A stretch of 64,000 nt of DNA from Octopus sinensis (lineage: Eukaryota): the NCBI RefSeq assembly GCF_006345805.1, contig NC_043015.1:45942001-46006000 (forward strand). Reading direction: 5' to 3'. How positions within the stretch are numbered: the stretch's first letter is position 1; every line of letters begins with the position of its first letter. Under the pieces are notes generated by a model. That model was given only the letters and a program-made list of their open reading frames with translations, searched no databases and was not told the DNA's origin. Shown piece after piece: positions 53,083-62,675 of this stretch. The position numbers and the translations under genes are program-made.

Positions 53083-53142
<60 letters not shown>

Positions 53143-54241
53143 TTGTGTGTGAATGTCTATTGAACTAAATAAACTAAGCTAGCTTTAAGTTTTTCTAGTT
53201 CATAAATACTATACATAGCTTGTCTCATGATGAGTAGTGTGTTTATACACACACACACACACAGTGGTAAAGTTCAAAAGGCAGAGTCAAGAATTTAAAC
53301 TCTAAGTTCAGGGCCAAGGTGTCTATTCACAGCTTTAAATTGCAACTTTCAATGCATTAGCTTGGATTGTATCACCACCCTTTCAGGATATTGTGAACCC
53401 ACAAGGGATTATGTAAACCAAATGCATTTAAAAAAAAAAGTAAAAGCTTTGTTAGGATTAATATACGAATAGGATTTTGTTATCGATGAGAACAAAACTT
53501 GACTGATGGTGCCACAAAGTCTGATATGTAATTATGGAGCGATTTCCATAAATATTGGACATAGAGATGCCATCATCATTCAATGTTCATTCTTGTAGGA
53601 GTCAGACAATCTGTCGAGTTAAATTTTCTAAGGCCAGAATCCCTTCCTGTCCCCAACCTTTACATTTCCAAGCAAGTTAACATTTTCCATGGGAGACTAG
53701 GAACAAACAGCATCGCTTGTATGATAGTGATGTTTATTCACACACTGGGGCAAGGGAGAGAGTACACACACGTACACACACAAACACATGATGAGCTTCT
53801 TTCAGTTTTTGTCTACCAAATCCACTCACAAGACTTTGGTCAGCCCAGGGCTACGGTAGAAAGCTCAGAAGGTGGCATCATGCCGTGGGACTGGACCCAA
53901 GACCATGTTTCAGAAGCAAGCTTCTCAACCACATAGCCACGTTGCACCCAATTCATGCAAATGTATAAGAGAGAGACAGGTTGGATGAGAAAGATTTTGT
54001 GCACTAGCTCCTGTTCGATTTAAAAACTTTTTCTTTTGTCTTTACAAAAACACAAGGGAAGAGATGTTAAAATGCCATTCTGTGAAAGTGGGGTGCTACT
54101 AAGCTGCCAAATGTTGAGGAACTCCCTCCCCGACTTGTACTTGAATAATTGAAACGGCACCAAGTGTGCCGATACCTTTTTAACTTTTGCCGGGCTTCTT
54201 GACTGTTCGCTCACTGGCTTTTGGATTTTCCTACTATGCAG

Positions 54242-54385
54242 GAGGAGTTGAATCGGGGAAAGCCAAACTGGGAACACTTGAACGAAGAGTTGCATGTACT
54301 CATCACTGTAGAAGACACACGTAACAGAGCAGAAATCAAGTTACAGAAGGCTGTCGAAGAAGTGAAACGACTGTTGGTGCCAGCA
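54242..54385 (+). CDS. QKI: quaking KH C-terminal exon ([48 protein letters not shown])
   Basis: tatgcag acceptor, GCA|gtaagt donor, 144 nt, phase 0 to 0. Closely matches QKI '[25 protein letters not shown]'. Confidence 0.97.
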
Positions 54386-57300
54386 GTAAGTAACACAGTA
54401 ATAATTGTCTTTTTAAGCTGGTTTGAGTAGACAAAGTATTTGGTAAATGCGGGTATCTGAAGGCGGGGTTGGCAGACGGGGAAAGAGGGGAGGAAGTATT
54501 GTTAGTTTTTTTTCTAAAACAGTAGGTTCTAAAAATTGCTTAATTCTGCTTAGTTTTGATTTTTTTTTTTTTTTTGACTGCTGATATTATAATAATGTAA
54601 TTTATTAATAAAAATAATCATAATAATGAATTTACTAAGCCAATGGCAAATCTGTATTACAAGACTAGTGTTTCTCTCTGGTGACTAAATTTTCATCACA
54701 GCATGGAAAGGGTTCTAACTAAGCTAATAAAGCAAACTAGTCTTTTTCTCTTTTTTTTTTCCTTGTTGCTTGATTAAAGTGGAAAAAAAAAAAAAAAACT
54801 AATTAAAATTTTTTTATTTTCACCCTGAATCTGACGGGTGGGGTGCAGCAGAGATAATATTTCATGCATATCTTTTCTTTGTAACACTATTTGCTTGTCA
54901 ATTCTAAGATCTCTCTAATATGGAAATGCATGACCTTAGCTTCCTTTACTTATCTGAAATATTTAGTCTCTCAGGTTTCTTATTTTCTGTAGGATTTTTT
55001 TTTTTCTTCTTTAAAAGTTTCCTTTTAGTGTCCTGTGACCAGGAAGATAAATAAAAATTTTATATGCTCTTGAAAATTTTACGAGGAGGATTTTCCCTCC
55101 TTTCTTTCTCATTCTCTCTCGTCCCACCACCACCACCATTAGTTTATTTAGCTAATTTCACATTTGTACCTTTATAATTAATTACTCCTTGTTTTTCATC
55201 AGTACAAAAGTTGTTCCCCTCATTTTCCTCTTAGTCTTGTTTACTCCAATAAATTATTGGCATTTCTCTTATTTTCTAAGCATTCTTGCTTTGTAATACT
55301 GCTCTCAGTTTTGGAGTATTTCATTTTCCACATTTCACATCAGAGGATAATATAGCAGTCGGCAGAGCACGGACAAAACTGCCTTGTTGTATATGGTTAT
55401 GTCCTACATGTTCTGTGTTCAAAATCTATCAGGTCGACTTAACCTCTCATCATTTGATGTATTAGACTATAGCTGAGAAAGGACTACCCCAGCATGGCCA
55501 CAGTCCAAGGACTAAGTATTGTTCCTTTCTCTCAGTAATTATTCCCAGTATATTCATTATATTTTAGTATATAAATGAATGCAAACATATAAGGTTTACC
55601 TAATCTTGAAACTTGAGTTTTGTGTTCCGCCTTGCCTAATATTAGTGCCAGCCTCACTTAGCTTTAGGATTGTGTGAATTTGTTTCTGTGGAAATTCTCA
55701 TTCAGCCAAAAACGTTTTGTACCGTTTTGTGTTTTGTACTTTTGATTGAAAATGTCTTAATGTGGCTGCAGAGATATTTGAGGAAAAGTTTAAGATTTTC
55801 TTTTCTTTATTAACCCTTTAGCATAAGTTTAAACCAGTCAGATCTGGACTCTCACACCTACCATACAATGTCATTCTGAAAATAATCACAGCATTGAGAT
55901 TTTGAATCTCTGAGATAATCTATGATTAACACAAAACAATGTGAATAAATTAAGCATCAGATTTGACAGAATCTAAATGTTAAAGGGTTAATTACCCTAA
56001 GAGTTTAACTACAGTTAAGGCAAGATATGGAAGAATTATTAGCTAGCTATAGGGATTCAAAAGAATCAATCTGTAGCAATGCTAATCCTGATCATAATCT
56101 TGTATGGATCTGAAGTGATCATCTTCTGTCTTTCAAACACAATGGAATGTCAGGTTGTGTCAGAACTATGTGAAATCAAGCCATGCCATTTCATCCTTGC
56201 TCTTCCTCTGTTCACTGTCAGGTACATGGCACCATTTCATCACCAAAGCTTTGTCCTAGGGTTTATGTATCAAGAGGTCTTCTCCAAGACCTCTAGAAGA
56301 TTTGGTCTTAGTACTTAGCATGAGAGTGCAGGTGTTTGGTGTAGTTGTGTATTACATTTATGCTCCAGTCTTAAGATCAGTTTGAATTTCTGTATTGGGC
56401 ACTACATTGTGTTCTTGAGCAAAAAAGAACCCCAAAAAACCGCTTCACTTCATGTTGCTCCAGTCCACTCAGTTGTGAATAGGTTCCAGCATTAGTTGGG
56501 CAGTTAACCCTGTGATAGACTGGCATCCCATTCAGTGGTGGAGGAATGTTATAATTTATAATCTGTCACTTATACTCCATGGAAACCTGATTAAGCCCTC
56601 ACCTTAAGGGCTTAAGAGAGACTGAAGACAGACCTAACTTATCACATGAGGCACGAAAGACCCTTAAAAAAAAAATCCTCTCCTACTAATGTAAGTCAAA
56701 CTGTTTTTCATAGGAAGTTTTTCAATAGCCAAAATGCAGTTATGTACTGAGTACTGACTTGATGACCTACAGGTCATCCCATAGAAAACCCTTCATGCAG
56801 AAATCTGTTTTGTCTGTGAATGGGTTTTACTTGTGGAAATTCTTAGCTGTACACAGGATGGTTGTGTGATTAACAGGTTCACTTTGCAACTACCCAGTTC
56901 AGTCCTAACATGTGACTTTTTGCGAAAGCGTCTTCTATAATTTCAAGCTAACCTGTACTCCATGGCTGGGATTTGGCACCATAGAAATGGTACAGTAGTT
57001 CATAATGTGTGTATTTGTTTCTTAATGTCCTGTATTCTAGTCTGGTAATCAATAAAATAAGTACTAGGAGTGCTGGGAAAGATTGATATGTATAAATGTC
57101 TAAATACATGACGAAAGCAATGGCCTCAGCATGGCTGCAGTCCAATGACTGAAACCGGCCAAAACCTATAGAAAAGTAATAATAATTGGTATGTGTAATA
57201 ATGGTGTTTTCCACATTTTTTATTTTCATTATTTTATTCTTCCTGTTCTGTTGAATGTTGTGGTGATTGGAGCCACATCTTAAGAGATTTTTTTTTAAAG

Positions 57301-57555
57301 GAAATGGGTAAAAATGCAAAAAAAAAAACAAAACATTATTTTCTTTTTCCTACAAAGCAAAAATAATAGAGATTAGTCATTTGTTTGCTTGTATTAGATT
57401 TCTAAAACTATTGTTTAAGAATCCTGCAACAATTTTTATTACATGCTTCGAGGAAGGACTGTCAACTTGATTCCAAACATGTAAGTAAATCTATATTGTG
57501 TGTCATACACATATATACTCACACACATATGTACATATACATATGTATATATATG

Positions 57556-57609
<54 letters not shown>

Positions 57610-58732
57610 TAGATGTGTGTATTATATATATATATATATTCTGGAAGGTTCTTGCATGACTATCTCCCAAACATAGGTGTAAAGCTTTCTTTGTTTATAT
57701 TTTTATATTATTATTTCCACTTTATTTTTTTTTATTTTTCCTTCACATTCTATTTGCTATATATTTATATATATATTATATATTGGTGATAATGTTTCTT
57801 AGCTGTTGTCTTCTGTGGCTCTTCAATTCCAATTTCACAGGTTGCCAGTTGCTTTTAACCAAAAAAAAAAAAAATTTTTTTTTTTAAATATTTGCACTTT
57901 GGTACTTATAGTAATTTTTTGTAATTTTTATTTTCCTTTTTTTTTCTCCATTTGCTTCAGTTTTGTTTTTTTTGTTTTTTTTTTCTTTTCCTGAAATGTG
58001 ATATTTGCAAAACACCTTTTTTTTGTCCCCCTTCCCCCCCTCCTCCACACTCGCTTTCATGTTGTCGTTTAAACTCAAAACGTGTGTGTGTGTGTGTCTT
58101 ATGTAGATGTTAGTATAACAAGCAACTTGTTCGTTCAGTGAAAGAAATTGCAAAAAAAAAAAAGTATATATAAATATATGTAAAGTTTCTATTAAAATTT
58201 AAAAAAAAAGAAAATTCCTGGCAGCAAACTGCATGCTTTTTTTTAAAATACACAAAAAAAAAAATTGTAAATAAATTCATATTTGAATATATATTACTTA
58301 AATTTCTCTATAGTTTCTCTATTGCATGTTTATCTTGTTTTTTTTTTTACCCCCTTTCACCCCCCATCCCTACACACTTAAACACTTCCCCTTCTGCCAT
58401 CACACTTGTAAATTTTTAAGAGAAAACTGCATGATAACTCCCCACTCATCCCTATCAATAGTATCGCAAACTTGCTGTGGTTCTGCTATTCATATCTCCT
58501 GCGCTTTTTTTCTCTAAAAAGCAGTGATTTCTTTCTCTTCCTTCCTTCCTTCTGTATGTGTGTGTGTGTGTGCGTAGTTACTGATTTCAGATACTATTAT
58601 TACTCTTAAGTGGTTGGCATTAGGAAGGGCGTCCAGCTGCAGAAACTGTGCCAAAACAGTCATAGAACCTGCTTGTACCCTGTGGCTTGTCTGCTCTTGA
58701 CAAACTGTCCAACTCATGGGGAAAAAAGGCAT

Positions 58733-59134
58733 ACTCTTTTACTCTTGTACTTGTTTCAGTCATTTGACTGCGGCCATGCTGGAGCACCGCCTTTAATCGA
58801 GCGACTCGATCCCCGGGACTTATTCTTTTGTAAGCCCAGTACTTATTCTATCGGTCTCTTTTGCCGAACCGCTAAGTAACGGGGAACATAAACACACTAG
58901 CATCGGTTGTCAAGCAATGCTAGGGGGACAAACACACGCACACACACACACATACACACACACATATATATATATGATGGGCTTCTTTCAGTTTCCGTCA
59001 ACCAAATTCACTCACTAGGCTTTGGTCGGCCCGAGGCTATAGTAGAAGACACTTGCCCAAGGTGCCACGCAGTGGGACTGAACCAGGAACCATGTGGTTG
59101 GTAAGCAAGCTACTTACCACACAGCCACTCCTGC
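58733..59134 (-). mobile_element. SINE family A, full length
   Basis: Reverse complement of the consensus. Confidence 0.87.
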
Positions 59135-60104
59135 ACAAATGATTATATATATATATATATATATCGACTCTGAGTGATCAAATTGTCATGCCACTAAAAT
59201 TGCTGTATGAACTGCAGGTGATATGATTTTGTGACTGCATTTCTAAAGCAGTTAGAAGTGATTTTCTCATATATATATATATGTGTGTGTGTATATATAT
59301 ATATATTCTGGAGGATTCTTATGTGAATATCATCCCCAAAATATAGATGAAAATAGAAATATTTCTGTTAGTGCACCACCACTGAGAAATGCTATTAATA
59401 GTTTGATAGTGGGAGTATGTCTGGTTGCCCACATTAAGTTAATTAGTAAAATGTAAAAAAAAAAGTAGAGTGGATTGTGATAATTCAAGTGTGTGCATGA
59501 GAGAGAGAGAGGCGTAAAGTACAAAGAAAAACAGATTGACACAAAGAAAATGCACAGGGGAGCACACAGGTGGCACAGTTGTTGGTTGAAGTCCCAGTAG
59601 TTTCTCTGTGCCATTGGATTTAAAGAAAAACCTGTTAGGATAGAGTTTAACAAAGACAGGTCAATGAGGTTTGGGACGCTGTGCTTATGGTATAACAGCT
59701 TAAGAAGTGCAAGCATTCATTCATTTATTATAGATATAGATGTAGTCATTCTTTTGGAATATGATCAAAATCCTTATGGACTTCGTAACAGCTGAGATGT
59801 GAGACCATTTGTCCTGGGACGAGGAAGGGTGCTAATTGCAACAGTACACATGGCACAATAAAACCCTCCTTGATGACTAAAAACTGCATGCGCAGTTTTA
59901 ATGCTGTCGGCACAGTCTAGCACTTGCGACGGATCAGAATACATCGTCCTGCTGCAGTGGGTGTTAAACTTTCAAACACCCTACTCAATCAGGACTCCGG
60001 TTCAGACTTCATCGTTATTGACTTACTTTCAAAATTTCCTTTCACCTGCTGCTTACATCTCAAGACGTTCTACCAGCTGTCTATTCTGCACACCCCTGTG
60101 TGTG

Positions 60105-60165
<61 letters not shown>

Positions 60166-60898
60166 CAGTCTCTCTCTCTTTCCCTCTCCAGCAACTGTTG
60201 TTTTCAAGCCCATACCAATCCGAAAAATATTTTAAAAAGTAGTAATAACTTTTGGTTTCTCAAAGGTAGTTATTTCAGACATTTCTTCCAGAAATTTCAA
60301 AATCCTGTCCACACTCATGGGGTCTGTGGCTGCCATGGTAACTATCTTGCCTACCTGAGTCCATTTGGAGTAATTTGCATATACTTACAGCATGGCACTA
60401 ATAATTGGATGAGAATCACTGATGCTTGGTGTTGACTGTTGGCATTTTATTTCATTGAACTGCAGCTCTTCAGAGTCGTTAAATTCTGAAGGATCCACAA
60501 GTGAAGAGGAGGGACTCACATTGAAAAAGAAAAAAAAATGCCATTTGCATAAGACTTGCTGGGGAAACCTATGGCAAATTTCCTTAGTGGGAACTTTTCT
60601 GACTCTGAGCTTCGTTAAATATAGAGGGCGGTTTAACCCTTTAGCTTTCAAACCAACCATATACCAAAATATTTAACCTGTTTCATGTTGAAACTGGCCA
60701 GATCCGGCCTCTCACCTCAGCCCTACAATGTCATTCTGAAACTAAACCATCACATTATTGAAATATCTAAACTACAAGATGATGTATGATTAATTCAAAA
60801 ACAATATAAACAAGGGTTAAACACTTCATAAAAGTGAGTGGGGCTTTACAATTTGAGCTGAGGGGGTTTGTTCTAACGGGGAAAACTCTCCTTGGGTA

Positions 60899-61287
60899 CT
60901 CTCTCTTTTACTCTTTTACTTCTTTCAGTCATTTGACTGTGGCCATGCTGGAGCACCGCTTTTAATCGAGCAACTCGACCCCGGGACTTATTCTTTTGTA
61001 AGCCCAGTACTTATTCTATCGGTCTCTTTTGCCGAACCGCTAAGTGACGGGGACATAAACACACCAGCATCGGTTGTCAAGCAATGCTAGGGGGGAGGAC
61101 AAACATACACACACATATACATATATATACGACGGGCTTCTCTCAGTTTCCGTCTACCAAATCCACTTACAAGGCTTTGGTCGGCCCGAGGCTATAGTAG
61201 AAGACACTTGCCCAATGTGCCACGCAGTGGGACTGAACCCGGAACCATGTGGTTGGTAAACAAGCTATTTACCACACGGCCACGCCT
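60899..61287 (-). mobile_element. SINE family A, full length; last obvious TE before the QUA2 exon pair
   Basis: Reverse complement of the consensus. Confidence 0.87.
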
Positions 61288-61664
61288 ATATTTTTGATTT
61301 TTTTTTTTCTTTTCCCCCCTTTCCATTTCACTGGTCTTCAATTTTTATATATTTATTTACAAAACATTTAATATAGCTTAATACTAAATTTAGACTATGT
61401 CCAGTTTTTATCAAAACCGTGCCCCTGCCCCCAAAGAATCACGATGTTACCCCCCTGTGTATTTCTCTCCAAAGTTCTTTCTTACCACATCCCCCACCAA
61501 TACTGATGATAGTCGTAACTTTAGATGTAGTGTGGAATGTTTCTGTGCTAGAGAAGTTAGTGAGAGGCTGATGTCATCTGCTTCCATCGAGCCCTAGCTG
61601 TAGCCTTTGTATTCTTAGTTTCTTGCAATGCTGCCCTACTTTCCCACCCATCCCCCACTCCACT

Positions 61665-61688
61665 TACTAATTGTTCTTCGCTTCTAAT
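61665..61688 (+). promoter_or_regulatory. bipartite quaking response element / branch-point region upstream of QUA2 exon A
   Basis: TACTAAT (61665-71), 13-nt spacer, TAAT (61685-88): matches the NACUAAY-N(1-20)-UAAY consensus. Confidence 0.55.
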
Positions 61689-61718
61689 CACCCCTGCACC
61701 CCATTTGTTTTCTTTCAG

Positions 61719-61815
61719 CCTGAGGGGGAGGATGAACTCAAGAAAATGCAATTAATGGAGCTTGCTATCTTAAATGGAACTTACCGGGATTTCAAAACTG
61801 GTTCATCCATCCATC
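61719..61815 (+). CDS. QKI: quaking QUA2 exon copy A ([32 protein letters not shown]), putative mutually exclusive exon
   Basis: ttttctttcag acceptor, C|gtaagt donor, 97 nt, phase 0 to 1, open frame. Absent from the ORF track and read by hand. Confidence 0.92.
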
Positions 61816-61832
61816 GTAAGTTTGCTAAATAG

Positions 61833-61838
61833 TGCATG
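61833..61838 (+). promoter_or_regulatory. RBFOX motif UGCAUG in the 85-nt intron between QUA2 exons A and B
   Basis: Exact TGCATG 17 nt after A's exon end. Further copies at 62510-15 and 62707-12. Confidence 0.5.
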
Positions 61839-61900
61839 CTGTGTACATACTCTATTAAGTCATGTTCTTTACAACTGTGTTCCTTGTGATCCTTTTTCAG

Positions 61901-62015
61901 CCCGAAGGAGAGGATGACTTAAAGAAACGACAACTCATGGAGCTAGCTATCATTAACGGCACATATCGTGACACTTCTAAACCATCCGCCTCTGCAGCAC
62001 AACCTTCCTCCACCC
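61901..62015 (+). CDS. QKI: quaking QUA2 exon copy B (PEGEDDLKKRQLMELAIINGTYRDTSKPSASAAQPSST), putative mutually exclusive exon
   Basis: cctttttcag acceptor, C|gtaagt donor, 115 nt, phase 0 to 1. Lies within ORF 61862..62110. Confidence 0.93.
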
Positions 62016-62635
62016 GTAAGTTTGGGAAGTGCCGTGCAGTTTCAGCTGTGTGTCATGGTTTTTCTGACAGCTTAGAATTCACTCTAGCTGCACCTGCCCT
62101 CTTATCTTAGCCTGCAACTCTTTTTTTTTTTTTTTTTTTTTTCCTCTCTGTCTCTTCCGACCCCTTCTTCAAATTCCCCTTTTTTCACTCTCCTTGGGCT
62201 CCTCCTTGCCAGTCTTATTGCCTCGAAACATTGTCATTATTCCTGGCCCCCTTCTTCCCTCCCCCACTGCTCTTTTTCATTTCTAGGTTGATTTTTTGCT
62301 CTTTGAATTTGATTTGTTTTTGTTTTTTGATTTGACTTTTTTTTTTACCTGAATTTTTACCTGTAGAGATGTTCTCAGTGGAACAGATGCGATGACAATC
62401 TTTTATGAATTGCTTAGAACAATTTGATCTTTTTGAATTTGGGGAATGGTGGGGAGTTGAAATTGCTTAGTATATATAAGCTTAAACCTAAATCTGTGAT
62501 AATTTAATCTGCATGGGAGCCCTGTTATCGCATGTGTTATGTCTTGGAGTTGCCTCATCCAACAATCAATAGCCTTCTCTGGCTGGCTTTATAGTTCTGA
62601 TAGACTATTAAAATCTGTCTTGTGCATTTAGTTGC

Positions 62636-62675
<40 letters not shown>

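Larger units (their letters stand above)
35610..62015 (+). other. QKI: quaking/how-type STAR (QUA1-KH-QUA2) RNA-binding protein gene, partial (internal exons only)
   Basis: Spliced exons give EIARIRSSLF...KLYVPVKEHPD|[16 protein letters not shown]...MRDKVK|[25 protein letters not shown]...LLVPA|PEGED(E/D)LKK(M/R)QLMELAI(L/I)NGTYRD, the QKI/HOW STAR domain. Junction positions and phases (1,0,0,0,1) match human QKI as I recall them. Confidence 0.96.

Noticed and set aside
62281-62292. Acceptor-like ttctag after exon B
   Set aside because: Gives an immediate stop in phase 1 (CGT TGA); weaker than the 62366 acceptor and unsupported.
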